A stretch of DNA of 64,000 bases, taken from assembly GCF_963921235.1 (NCBI RefSeq), contig NC_086108.1, forward strand, positions 31,498,001-31,562,000, read 5' to 3'. The notes beneath the pieces are model-generated. The model did not search any database. It was given only the letters and a program-made list of their open reading frames with translations, and was not told the DNA's origin. This document shows, piece by piece, positions 26,100-39,052 of this stretch (the first letter of the stretch is position 1; every line of letters begins with the position of its first letter). The position numbers and the translations under genes were made by a program. Source of the stretch: Mobula hypostoma (Eukaryota).

Positions 26100-27840
26100 A
26101 AAGACAAAAGAGACTGCAGATGCTGAAATCTGGAACAACAAACAGAACACTTGAAGAATTCAGTGTGTCAAATATCATTTGTGCAGAAGAAAACACAAAG
26201 TCAATGTTTTGGATTGAAACACTGCTAGAGGACTGCGAGGGAAGAGGGAAGATTGCCGGTATATAGCAGTACAAGGGAGGAATCAGAGGCAGGAAGGTGG
26301 AACCAAGTGGGGAGGGGATGATGGACAGATGGATCCTGGTGGGGGGGGGGCATGGGACAGAGACTGGTTGGTGAAAAGTAGGATGATAGGCTGATGGAAC
26401 CAAATGGGAGGAGAAATTTGGAAAGGTGAACAAAGGGAGAAGAAACCTAGGTGGACAAATGTGTGTGTGTGTGTGTGGGAGACAAGAGCTCTGAGGGTCC
26501 GGATTACTTGAAGTTAGAAAAGTCAATGGAAATTTATTAGATTAGATTAGATTATGAGGACACTCAGTCCTCGTTTATTGTCATTTAGAAATGCATGCAT
26601 TAAAAAATGATGCAACAATCCTCCAGAATGATATCACAAGAAAACACAGGACAAACCAAGACTAAAACTGACAAAACCACATAATTATAACATATAGTTA
26701 CAACAGTGCAAAGCAATACCATAATTCGATAAAGAGCAGACCATGGGCACGGTAAAAAAAGTCTCAAAGTCCCGATAGACTCATCATCTCACGCAGGCGG
26801 CAGAACGGAGGAACTCTCCCTGCCATGAACCTTCAAGTGCCACCAACTTGCGATGCAGCACCATTGGAAGCACCCGACCACAGCCAACTCTGAGTCCGTC
26901 CGAAAACTTTGAGCCGCCAACCAGCCCTTCCGACACAGCCTCTCCAAGCACCATCCTCTGCCGAGTGCTTCGATCCTGCCCCAGCCACCGAGCAACAAGC
27001 AAAGCCAAGGACTCAGGGCCTTCTCCTCCAGAGATTCTGGACCACACGGTAGCAGCAGCAGCGAAGCAGGCATTTCAGAAGTTTCACCAGATGTTCCTCC
27101 GTGCTCTCACGTCCATCTCCATCAAATCAGGATTGTTCACGGCACCCTACTTGACAAATAACAGACACCACTACCGGAGTGGCTGCTGCGTGCTGCGTCA
27201 CGCCGCCATCTTCTCCTCCCACCTCCGACCCAAATTACCATTGGGTTGGAAGCTACACCAGCATCAAATGAGATGTTGCCCTTTTAGTTTCCACTTGGCC
27301 ATTCTGCAGCAATGGAGAAGGCTGAGAACATGCAGGTTAATGTGGGGTTGGGAAGAAGAGTTAAAATGAGGTGGAACCAAAAGATTGAGTTGCAATTTGC
27401 TGACAGAGTGCAGGCACTCTGTAAAACTGCTGTCTCGTTCAAGCTTGGTTTCACCAATACAGAGGAAGCCACATTGTAAGCACTAAATGAGGTGGATCAG
27501 GTAGGAAGAGGTGCAGGTGAACCGTGCCCCGCTTGGAAGGGTTGTTTAGGTCCCTGGATGGTGCTGAGGGAGGAGGTGAAGGAAAGGGCTGAGAAGACCA
27601 AGGAGTTGTGAAGACAGTGGTCACTATGGAAAGCTGAAAGATTTTGCAGAAGGAAAGATTTGACTAGTGGTAGGATTGTATTGAAGCAGGCAAAAGCAGT
27701 GAGATATGATGTACTGGATGCAAAGGCTGATGTGATGAAAGGTGAGGACCCAGGGAAGTGTAATCTCTGAGGAGAATGAGAATTGGAAATGAAGACTCCA
27801 TCAACTGTGGCAGTGGGAAAGATGTTTAGGAGCTTCCTCC
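26100..27840 (-). mobile_element. Old Penelope-like element, split by the insertion at 26537-27222
   Basis: Terminal repeat, purine-rich tract and degenerate GIY-YIG region. Confidence 0.65.
26537..27222 (-). mobile_element. Non-autonomous LINE-derived retroelement (copy 2)
   Basis: 5' GGAGAAGATGGCGGCG, CpG-rich body, AATAAA and (TAATC)n tail on the minus strand. Confidence 0.75.
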
Positions 27841-27981
27841 TCTCCCATATCTTTATTAAACTCTATCAACTATGCCATCTGCATCCTTCCTTTTCCTCTT
27901 GAGCTTTACTAGTTGCCTTAGAATGCATCCACCATGCTCACCTCTGCCACTCATCTGAAAGCAAACTTCAGTTTTTCATAA

Positions 27982-28560
27982 ACACACGAGATTCTTCAGA
28001 CATTGGAAATCTAAAGCAACGCACACGAAATGCTGGAGGAGATCAGCAGGTCAAGTAGCAACTATGGGGATGAATAAATCATTGACAATTCAGGCCAAGA
28101 CCCTTCACCAGGGCTGGGAAAGAAGGGGAAAGAGGCCAGAATAAGAAGGAGGGCTGAGGAAGAGGTACAAGCTAGAAAGTGATTGGTGAAGCCAGGTGGG
28201 TTGAGGAGGGGGAGTAAGTAAGAAACTGGGAGGTGAAAAGGGAAAAATGTAAAGAGCTGGAGAAGAAGGAATCTGATTGGAGAGGAGAGTGGTCCATTGA
28301 AGAAAGGGAAGGGGGAAGGAAAGGGCACCAGGGGGAGGTCATAGGCAGGTGAGGAAAAGAGGTAAGGAGGGGCCAGAGTGGTGAATTGAGGAAGAAGGAA
28401 GGGGAAGGGAAGAAATTACTAGAAGTTGGAGAAATCAATGTTCATGCCATTATATTGGACACTATGAGGTGTTGCTCCTCCAACTTGAGAGTGGCCTCAT
28501 TGTGGCAGAAGAGGAAACCATGGACTTGCATGTCAGAATGGGAATGAGGATTGGAATTAA
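27982..28560 (-). mobile_element. Penelope-like element 3' fragment
   Basis: NSNPHSHSDM...EATLKLEEQHLI; terminal repeat. Confidence 0.8.
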
Positions 28561-29522
28561 TCCAGGGTTGGAGTGAAGGCATGGAGGAAGGGGAGCTCTG
28601 TTTCCCCATCATTTTTTTTGTTAGCACTTTCTCCTGATGTCTAATGAAGATATCAGGAACAATTTTGTTTATAACACTTGGTTCTGGTCTCACCCACTAG
28701 GGAAAAAAAAAGAGATGAAAGATAATCAAAAGCTTTGGTAATTATAAGTCTTGAAATGCTCTCTCAGTTTGGTCAGCGGCTGGGTGAGGACCCAGGGAAG
28801 TGTTATCTCTGAGGAGAATGAGAATTGACATATAGGAAATGAAGGCTCCATCAACCATAGCAATGGGAAAGATGTTTAGGAGCTTCCTCCAGACTTACTG
28901 CAGGTGGAAGAATATCTTCCATTTTTTGCAGGATCTGAGTCTCAGTGACAATGGTATTTAGATTAGTGATCATGTGCTACTCAATGGGAGTAGTATGGAT
29001 AAGAACCTGAAGGACAGCATTGGGCCTGCTTCTCTGCTTTATGACTCTATGATTCTACAACCAAGGCTATCATTCATTTCCCTTGAGAAGATATCAGGGA
29101 GCCACTATTTAAAGCTTTACACTTCATGCTCCATCAATGCTGCTGATTAGCTTATTGCGGGATATGGATGAGTGACAATGCAGGAAGAATAATATATCTT
29201 GAAATCAGAATGGGAGATTGGATTATGCAGAGGGGATGTTCCTTGTGCTGTCAAGCAATTCCTTAATGCAATGCATTTTACAGATGGCACACGCTGCAGA
29301 TGTATGCTGAAGAAACTGAAATTTCAGGTTGCCAACCAAAGAATGGTGCTGGATCTGAGATGATGCCAAGCTTCTTGAGAGTTCTTTGAACGCTCTTCAT
29401 CAGGCAAATATCAACACGATATAATACAATATGCTCCTGATTTGGATCCTTTAAATGGTGGAAAAGTCTGAGGATTCAGGAAGTAAGTCATTCACTGCAG
29501 GGTGCCCTGGCTTTCTTTACCG

Positions 29523-31705
29523 TAAGACCATAAGGCCATAAGATATAGATGTAGGCCATTCAGCCCATCGAGTCTGCTCCACCATTCAATCATGGGCTAA
29601 TCCAGTTCTTCCAGTCATCCTCACTCCCCTATCTTCACCCCATACCCTTTGATGCCCTGGCTGATCAAGAACCTATCTATCTCTGCCTTAAATGCGCCCA
29701 GTGACTTGGCCTCTACAACTGTTCGTGGCACCAAATTTCACAGATTTACCACCCTCTAACGAAAGTAATTTCTCTGCATCTCTGTTCTAAATGGATGTCC
29801 TTCAATCCTGAAGTCATGCCCTTTTGTCCCAGACTCCCCTACACTGGGAAATAACTTTGCCATATCTAATCTGTTCAGGCTTTTTAACATTCAGAATGTT
29901 TCTATGAGATCCCCCCTCATTCTCCTGAACTCCAAGGAATACAGCCCAAGAGTTGCCAGCCAATGCTCTACCAATGCTTGTAACTTCCTTGTAATTCCAT
30001 GGGCTCTTATCTCGCTAAGCAGCCTCATGGGCAGCACCTTGTCAAAGGCCTTCTGAAAATCGAAGTACGCAACATCTACTGCATCTCCTTTGTCTACCCC
30101 GCTTGTAATTTCCTCAAAAAATTGCAGTAGGTTAGTCAGACAGCATTTTCCTTTCAGGAAACCATGCTGGTTTTGGACTATCTTGTCATGTGCCTGCAGG
30201 TACTCCATAATTTCATCCCTAACAATCGATTCCAATAACTTCCCAACCACTGATGTCAGACTAACAGGTCTATAGTTTCCTTTCTGCTGCCTCCCACCCT
30301 TTTTAAATAGCAGAGTAACATTTGCAACTGTCCAGTCATCTGGTACAATGCCAGAATCTGTTGATTCTTGAAAGATCATTGTTAATGCCTCTGCAATTTC
30401 TTCAGCTACTTCCTTCAGAACCCGAGGGTGCATTCCATCAGGTCCAGGAGATTTATCCACCCACAGACCAGAAGTTTCCTGAGCACCTTCTCAGTCATAA
30501 TTTTCACTGCACATACTTCACTTCCCTGACACATTTTGAATGTCCAGTATACTGCAGATGTCTTCCACTGTGAAGACTGATGCAAAATACTCATTCAGTT
30601 CCTCTGCCATCTATGCGTCTCTCATTACAATATCTCCAGCATCATTTTCTCTTGGCCCTATATCTACCCTGAACTCTCTTTTACCCTTTATATACTTAAA
30701 AAAGCTTTTAGTATCTTCTTTGATATTAGTTGCCAGCTTCCTTTCATAATTCATCTTTTCCTTCCTAATGATCTTCTTAGTTCCCTTCTGAAAGTTTTTA
30801 AAAGCTTCTCAATCCTTTATCTTCCCACCAGCTTTGGCTTCCTTGTATGCCCTCTATTTTGCTTTTACTTTGGCTCTGACTTCACTTGTCAGCCACAATA
30901 GTGTCCTTCTTCCATTCAAAAATTTCTTCTTATTTGGAATATAACTGTCTTGCTCTTCCCTCATTTTTTGCAGAAACTCCAGCCATTGCTGGTCTGCTGT
31001 CCTTCCTGCCAGTGTCCCTTTCCAGTCAACTTTGGCCAGTTCCCCTCTCATGCCATTGTAATTTCCTTTATTCCACTGAAATACTGACAAATTGGAGTTT
31101 AGTTTCTCCTTCTCAAAGTGAACTCGATCATATTGTGATCACTGTTCCCTAGGGGTTCCTTGACCTTTCTAGTTCCTAGTGGGCTCAACAACAAGCTGTT
31201 CTAAAAAGCCATCCCTTAGGCATTCTACAAATTCTCTCTGTTGAGGTCCAGTACTAGCCTGGTTTTCCCAATCCATTTTCATGTTAAAATCCCCAATGAT
31301 ATCATGACATTGCCCTTCTGACACATCCTTTCTATTTCCTGGTGTCATTTGTAATCGACATCCCGGCTGCTGTTTGGAGACCTGTATACAACTGCTATTA
31401 GGGTCCTTTTACCTTTGCCATTTCTTAACTCAACCCATAGAGACTCTACACCTTATGTCATCCCTTTCTAATGATTTAATATCATTTCCTAAACACAGGG
31501 CCACACCACCCACTCTGCCTACTAACCTATCTTTCTGATACACCGTATATCCTTGGACATTCAGCTCCCAATGGCAGCCATCCTTTAGCCAAGTTTCAGA
31601 GATGGCCACAATGTCATACTTGCCAATCTGTAGCTGAATTTTAATAGTGTCCATTTTATTTCTTATGCTGTGTGCATTCAAATATAACACTTTCAGTCTG
31701 ATATT
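29523..31705 (-). mobile_element. CR1 LINE ORF2 (APE endonuclease to tail) with internal deletions
   Basis: [43 protein letters not shown]; (CCATAAG)-type tail. Confidence 0.9.
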
Positions 31706-32559
31706 TACCTCTTGTTGCCATTGTCTGCATGTAGTCGGTCCTGTGAGTCTTTTGGTTAACAGTAGCCAGCCAACCAGTACCCTCATCCAGGCTGTTGAAA
31801 TTATGTAATTTGACAATAGCATTGCCCTATAATGTTAAAGACAGATAGCTGACCCTTCCCCTGTTGGAGATATCATTGCCTAACACTTTAGAGGCAGAAA
31901 GGTTACGTGCCACTTCTCAGCCTATGCTTGAATAATGTGTAGCACTTGCCGCATTCAGACACAGACTGCTTCATTTTCCGAAGAGTACTTGTGTAAATGA
32001 ATGCTGTGCAAGCATCAGTGAATATCCTCACTGCTGACTTTCCGATGGAAGGAAGGTGAAGGAGCAACCAAAGATGTCTGGGCCAAGGACAATTTGCTGA
32101 AGAACTCCAGCAGTATCCTGTAACCAAGATGACTGGCCTCCAAAAACACAACCACTTTCCTTTGTGCAAGTTGTGACTCCAGCTGGTGGACAGACTGGCC
32201 CTAATTTCCATTGAATTCTATTTTGGCAGGGTGACTGAATGACACATATCATTATTGCCTTGTCTCTGGGATTCAGTTGTTTGATCAATGATGGGACCAA
32301 AACAGGAATGAGCTTTGGAGACAAGTTATTCTGACAAAGCCCAAACTAAGCACCAATGATCAAGCTCTATGGAATAAGTGCTGCTTGATACCATCATCAA
32401 GATCTTCCACCATCTGAGAGTAAATTATTGACAAAGTATCAATTGATGGATTGATTAAGTTGTAATATTTTGAAAATAGATTATAACTGGGCAATCCTCC
32501 ATTTCGCCAGTGGAGCAGCTTTTCTAGAAGCAAGACTAGAACATAACAAACTAATAGCA

Positions 32560-33140
32560 GAAGATAAAACATGGAACAGTATAGCACAAGAATGGGCTTC
32601 TCGACCCACAAAGTTGTGCCGGCCTAATTAAACTAGGTTATTAAATGCCTAATTAAACTGATCCCTTTTGCCTATACAAGGGTCTATAACCCTCCATTCA
32701 CTGCACTTTCATTTGCCTATCTAAGACCCTCTTAAATGTCTCTATTATATATACCACCACTACCACTCCTGGCATTGCATTCCAGACACCCATCACTCTC
32801 TGTATATAAAAAAAATGCTTCTTCACACATCTCCCTTGAACTCATCCTGTCTCACATTAACTGCATGCCCTCTGGTATTAGACATTTTGACCCAAGGTGA
32901 AAGACACTGTTTAATTATCTATGAAATCTCATAATTGTATAAACTTCTCATAGTTCTCTACTCGGCCTCTGTCTCTCCAGAGAAAAACAACCCAACCTCT
33001 CCTAATAGCACATGCCCTCTAGCGTCTGGGTAAACTTCTGCTCCCTCGCCATAACATCTAATCCTAAGGGTGAACCAGAATTGAATATAATGCTCCAGAC
33101 GCTGACCTAACCAGAGTTCTAAACTTCCTAGAGTAGGCCA
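32560..33140 (-). mobile_element. CR1 LINE 3' fragment, decayed
   Basis: LEHYIQFW...LFF motifs and 3' UTR similarity to other CR1 copies. Confidence 0.7.
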
Positions 33141-33599
33141 CCTCACCCCTAATGAGTGCACCACCAGTTGATATTTTCCCCAGGCCTAAACTCCTCCTTT
33201 GTGCCAGATCCCCATTGCCTTCAATATCCCAGTCTTTCAAAAATGTATCAACTTCTGCATTAAATGCTTCGAATGAATTAGCCCCTACACCTTTCTGGGA
33301 TAAAGAGCTCCAGAGATTCTCTACCCTCTGTGAAAAGAAATCTCTATGTGCTTCACCTTTAAATGATCAGCACCTTGGTTGGTTCCCAATCATGAGTGTT
33401 AAGGACTACAATAGAGTATTGCCCTTTCCGTATTTAGGGCACTCTGCCAGATTTTGATATCATTCAGGGTGCATCAAATTTCTACTCTGCTCTTATATTT
33501 ACTTGGCCCATATCTGACACCTTTCTGCCCTTTCTTCATCTTACTGCCTCATCTCCTGACAGCCTGTCTACTGATAACTTTACAAACACACTGATGAAA

Positions 33600-34585
33600 C
33601 CTCTTCTCACCCTGTCACATGCAAAAATGTTATTCCCCTCTCAGTTATTCCAATTCTGTGTGCATCTGTTCTCAGGATGAAACTTTCCATTCCAGGACAT
33701 CCAAGATATCCTTTTCTTTCAGAAAATAGGGCTCACCTTCCACCAATATTGATGCTGTCTTCACCAGTACCTTCTCCATTTCCCACACATTTGCCTGCAC
33801 CCCACCTCCTCCCCATTCTCACATAACGGGGGAAGAAAGATCTCCATCCCGGCACTTTCCCTGCAACCGTGACATGCATTTGGTGTTCCTCCTCTACATT
33901 GGTGAGATGTGACACAGATAGGGGAATTGTTTCATCGAGGGTCATCCACAACAGGGGTGTCTTCTACAATAGCCGGAATCTCCCAGTGACCACTCATTTT
34001 AATTCCACGTCCCATTCCCGCACTATCCATGGCCGTCTCTATTGTCATGATTAGGCCGAGCACAAACTGGAGGAGCAACACCTCATATTCATCTGGGTAG
34101 TCTCCAACCTGATGGCATGAATATTGGTTTTTCTAGATTCTGCTAACATCTTACTCCTATTCCCTTCGCCCTTTGTTTTTCCTCATTATGCTAGTCCATA
34201 TTCCCTTCTTTTCCCCTGCCCTGCAATCATGACCTGCCCATCACCTCCCTCTAGCTACTCACCTGCTTCCCTTTAGTCCATGGTCTAGCCCTCTCCTATC
34301 TGATCCGATTACTTCTTCTTCAGCCCTTTCCCTCTTCCACCAATCCTCTATCAGTTTCTTACATCATTCTCTTTCATCCCCTTCCCTCAACAATCTAGCT
34401 TCCCTCTCACCTGTATTCATCTGCAGGCTCTCCCTTCTCCCTCTTTTTATTCTGGCATCTGCCCCCCTTCCTTTCCAGTCCTGACAAAGGGTCCTTGCCC
34501 AAAACATTGACCATTCATCCTACCCTCCCTCAGATGGTGCCTGGCCTGCTGAATTCCTCCAGCATTATGTGTGTGCTGCTGAAGA
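33600..34585 (+). mobile_element. Penelope-like element fragment
   Basis: LPVTTHFNSTSH...LYCHD GIY-YIG tail, pyrimidine tract, terminal repeat. Confidence 0.8.
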
Positions 34586-34784
34586 TGTGTCTACATTGTC
34601 ACCGGCATAGAACAGACAAATAAACGAATGTGTCAACTTTAAGAAAGAGTTTGTGCTGGAACTTCTGAAAAGCAATAGAGTAGATAGGCAAACATGAGGA
34701 AATCTGCAAATGCTGGAATTTCAAGCAACACATAAAAATTGCTGGTGAACGCAGCAGGCCAGGCAGCATCTCTAGGAAGAGGTA

Positions 34785-34822
34785 CAGTCGACGTTTCGGG
34801 CTGAGACCCTTCGTCAGGACTA
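34785..34822 (-). ncRNA. Minimal type-I hammerhead ribozyme motif, intact core
   Basis: Minus strand TAGTC-CTGACGA-A-GGG tctcag CCC-GAAAC-GTC-GACTG. Confidence 0.7.
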
Positions 34823-35598
34823 AATGAAAGGATAGTAAGAGAATTGGAAGTGAGAGGGGGAGGGGGAGGGGAAGGGGGAGATCCAAAATGATAGAAGACA
34901 GGAGGGAGAGGGATGGAATTAAGAGCTGGACAGGTGATTGGCAAAAGGGATATGAGAGGATCATGGGACGGGAGGCCTAGGGAGAAAGAAAGGGGGAGGG
35001 GGGAAGCCCATAGGATGGGCAAGGAGTATAATGAGACGGACAGAGGGAGAAAAAGGAGAGAGGGGAAAATATATATATATAATAATGATAAATAAATAAA
35101 TAACGGATGGGGTACAAAGGGGAGGTGGGGCATTAATGGAAGTTAGAGAAGTCAATGTTCATGCCATCAGGTTGGAGGCTATCCAGACAGAATATAAGGT
35201 GTTGTTCCTCCAACCTGAGTGTGGCTTCGTCTTTACAGTAGAGGAGGCTGTGGATAGACATATCAGAATGGGAATGGGACGTGGAATTAAAATGCGTGGC
35301 CACTGGGAGATCCTGCTGTCTCTGGCGGACAGAGCGTAGGTGTTCAGTGAAACGGTCTCCCAGCCTGCGTCGGGTCTCGCCAATATATAGAAGGCTGCAT
35401 CGGAAGCCCATCCTCTGGGCTTCCCCCCTCCCCTTTTCTTTCTCCCTAGGCCTCCCGTCCCATGATCCTCTCATATCCCTTTTGCCAATCAACTGTCCAG
35501 CTCTTAGCTCCATCCTTCCCCCTCCTGTCTTCTCCTATCATTTCGGATCTCCCCCTCCCCCTCCCACTTTCAAATCTCTTACTATCTCTTCTTTCAGT

Positions 35599-35636
35599 TA
35601 GTCCTGACGAAGGGTCTTGGCCCGAAACGTCGACTG
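35599..35636 (+). ncRNA. Minimal type-I hammerhead ribozyme motif, intact core
   Basis: TAGTC-CTGACGA-A-GGG tcttgg CCC-GAAAC-GTC-GACTG. Confidence 0.7.
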
Positions 35637-35662
35637 TACCTCTTCCTAGAGAATAGATAGGC

Positions 35663-36905
35663 TCCTGGGGCCAAATGGGATATACTCCCAGCTACTACCG
35701 GAAACAAGGGAAGTGATTGCTGCAACTTTAACAGTAACCTTTGCATCATCACTGACCATGGAGTGGTCCAGAAGACTGGAAGGTGGCAAACGTTATTCCT
35801 TTGTTCAAAAAAGGTAATAGGGATAATCCTGGGAATTATAGACCAGTAAGTCTGACGTCAGTGGTGGGTAAACTACTGGATCCAGGGAAAATTGGCTGTG
35901 AGTCAGAATTGGCTTGCCCACAGAAAGTAGAGAGTGGCAGTACTCTGCTAGGAGATCTGTGACTAACGGTGTTCTGCAGGAATTTATTCTGGGCTCCCTG
36001 TTCTTTGTGACTATTATAAATGACTTGGTTGAGCAAGTGGATTAGTAAGTTTAAAGATGACATGAAGGCTGGTTGTGCTGTGGATAGTGTAGAAGGTTAT
36101 TGTAGGTTACAATGGGACATTCATAGAACATAGAGCTTGGCCAAGAAATGGCAGATGGAGTTCATTCAAGATTGAACATTAAGGCAAAAGTAAGGTTTAC
36201 TAGCAGTGTGGAGAAACAGAGGGGTCTTGGAGACCACATCGATTGATCCCTCTGCAGTTGCCTCACAATTTGATAAGGTAAGTAAGAATCGATATGGTGT
36301 GTTGACCTTCATCAGTTGATGAATTGAGTTAAAGACTGCAAAGTAATGCAGCAGCTCTTTAAAACTCTGGTCAGACCACATTTGGAGTATTGTGTTGCCT
36401 CAGTATAGGAAGGAAGTGGAATCTTTAGAGAAGGTGGAGAGGAGATTTCCTAGGATGCTGCCTGGATTACAGAGCATATTTTCTGAGGAAAGATTGAGCT
36501 AGCTAGGGTTTTCTCGCATTCGAATGAAGGAGGATGAGAGGCAACTTAATATAGAGACATGGATAAAGGAATAGCCAGCTCTTTTTTTTCCCAGGGTGGC
36601 ACTGGCTGATATGAGAGGGCATACTTTTAAGGTGATTGGAGAAAATTATGGTGGGCGGGGGAAGAGGAGGAATCAGAGGTAGGTTTTGTTTACACAGAGA
36701 GTGTTAGGTGCATGGAATGTACTGCCAGGAGTGGTGGTAGAAGCTGATATGTTAAGGAGATTTAAGAAACATTTAGATAGGCACATGGATGAAAGAAAAA
36801 TATGGTTGTGTGGGAGGGATTGCTCTTAGAGTAAGTTAGAAGGTCAACACAACGTTGTGAGCCAACGGGCCTGTACTGTCTGGACTGTTCCGTGTTCTAT
36901 GTTCT
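35663..36905 (+). mobile_element. CR1 LINE, decayed with internal deletion
   Basis: [26 protein letters not shown] and FTQRV motifs; GTTCTAT tail. Confidence 0.85.
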
Positions 36906-37447
36906 GCACTCAGGTGCAGGGCTGTGTCCTTGTTGGGGAAATGGAAGCATATGGAAACTCCTCTTCCCATCATTTTGTTTGAATGCTGGACACTATTCAT
37001 GCATGGCTGCTTGTGACAGCAATACAGAGCTTTGACTTTAACCATTGCTTACGGAACTAAATGGTTCTTTCTGCCGTGGGTGGCTTCTATGGTTTTAGTC
37101 ATTTTCACTGCACTTTCACTAGGCTGCCATACTATTTTTAAATATTACTGTAGCTGCTCCAAACATGTCCTTCTATCTTCTCCACTGAACCATGTTCAGT
37201 CGTGTTTTGAAGGCAATGATATCCAATGATATGTGTCTATCAAAGGAGGTGTAAGGCACTCCTTCCCTCCACTACCCTGCAGGTCACCCTTGGGCAAGGT
37301 GTAGCACCTGCTTAGCCCTCCAGTCAGAGTCATGTGAAGCCATGGGAGCAGGTGGTGGATATCAAAGGTCCTGGTTATGCGACCACTGACGTCAGGCAGA
37401 CAATCACTGAAGAGAGTTGATAATGGCTGGGGTCACCCGTCTTGTAG

Positions 37448-39052
37448 CAGTGGTCCCAAACCACTGGGCCACAAAGCATGTGCTACCGGGCCACAAGGAA
37501 ACGATACGATTTGGTGACATGAAACGATATGAGTCAGCTTCACCTTTCCTCATTCCCTGTCATGCCCACTGTTGAACTTTAACGCACGCGAGGTCATCAG
37601 TGACCCAAGACGCAAATGACCCAAGGCGTGCAAAGGAATGGGTCCGTGACCCATTTGTGAGTGTCCCCAGTGAATCATCCATGTCAGCACGGGAAAAAGA
37701 TCAACTCCTCCAGCTTGCAAATGACAGTGGGCTGAAAAGTATGTTTGACGTAACATCTCAGCCGGCATTCTGGATCAAAGTCAAGGCTGAATATCCTGAA
37801 ATAGCCACGAAAGCACTGAAAACGTTACTTCCATTTCCAACATCATATTGCTGCAAAGCGGAGTTTTCTGCAATGATTGCAACGAAAACTAAATTGCGGT
37901 ATAGGCTAGACATAAGGAACCCCCTTCGAGTATCGCTGTCTCCCGTCACCCCTCGATGGGACCATCTTGTTGCAGGGAAACAAGCCCAGGACTCCCACTG
38001 ATTGAGTGATATTGATGTGTTGCAAAGATTTTATATGTTCATACGAGGAAAATATGCGCTGTGTGTTTAATATCCAAATGTAAGGGTTTCTTCTTTTATG
38101 TTACTGCTAAGGAGAATAAAATGGCTTCTCTGTACTGTTAACTGCTGAGACAGTGGTTCTCTATAGCAGTATGTTTGGATTATAATTAGTGATAACGAGA
38201 CTTGTGTTCATTTGTTAACCAATTGGGATAGATGTTACTCTTTCTGTCCGTGAGAAAGCTGTTAGCTGCGTGGGCTTTGGAGAGAAGGCGCAAAGAGGAT
38301 GAAGAGAGAAGAGGTGGCTTGAGGAGATGGTTGCCGGACCGGCTGGGCCTGGGCTCGGGGCGGGAGCCCAGGGGTCGATGACGAGTGAAGGAGGATCAAC
38401 GACAGGGAATCCGACAGCTCCAACGTTTGTGCACTGGACATGTTTATGAGATTATTGGCGCCTTTTATTTGTTTTCCCTTTCTTTTGGTCTCTACTAACC
38501 CCATACTTAAATATAAAACCTTAATCGTTTAACCGCACATTGTGGACTGAATGTTATTTCGAGGTACTGATGTTACACAGGGGACACAACACACAGCATC
38601 CACCCAAACTTGATTACCCAGTTTGGCGGGGCTGAAGGCTGCTCTCCCCAGCTGGAAGCGAGCTGAGCGAGCCTGAGGCTTACCAGGGGGCTACACAAAC
38701 GTTACTTAAAATGTTATGATGCTATTGACTTATAAGTGACTTAAAATTCAGTGGTCGCCACCCTCCGGGCTGCGGACCGATACATTGCCGTAAAGAATGC
38801 AGCGGTACAGCAGTAACCGGAACACACCCATACACCTTTAAGAAAAAAGCCGAAATAAACAATCTAATTAATTAGCTGCCACCCGACACGTAAATGTCGG
38901 CCCAGATCAGAGGCGATTGCCGACTTATAGTTGACTTATCACCTATATTCCGGTCGTGATTAACAACCCCACCCCCACCCTGGTCGGCCGGTCCGCAAGA
39001 ATATTGTCAATATTAAACCGGTCTGCGGTGCAAAAAAGATTGGGGACTCTTG
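37448..39052 (+). mobile_element. hAT (Charlie-type) DNA transposon, internally deleted
   Basis: TIR-like ends CAGTGGTCCC / GGGGACTCTTG; dimerisation domain FWIKVKAEYPEIATKALKTLLPFPTSY-C-A-FSAM-ATKTKLR...KQAQDSH (37600..38001). Confidence 0.88.
38079..38695. mobile_element. Solo LTR nested in the hAT
   Basis: TGTAAG...CTACA termini; 4-bp TSD CAAA at 38075-38078 and 38696-38699. Confidence 0.8.

Larger units (their letters stand above)
34690..35652 (-). mobile_element. Young 5'-truncated Penelope-like element with inverted terminal repeat
   Basis: GIY-YIG C-terminus LLYIGETRRRLGDRFTEHLRSV...GMNIDF; inverted repeat ~34769-35020 vs ~35406-35652; TSD TAGATAGGC at 34681-34689 and 35654-35662. 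Confidence 0.9.

Noticed and set aside
37600..38001. Domesticated ZBED/SCAND-like gene
   Set aside because: Lies within TIRs, lacks the catalytic N-terminal part and has an altered core motif; it is a transposon fragment
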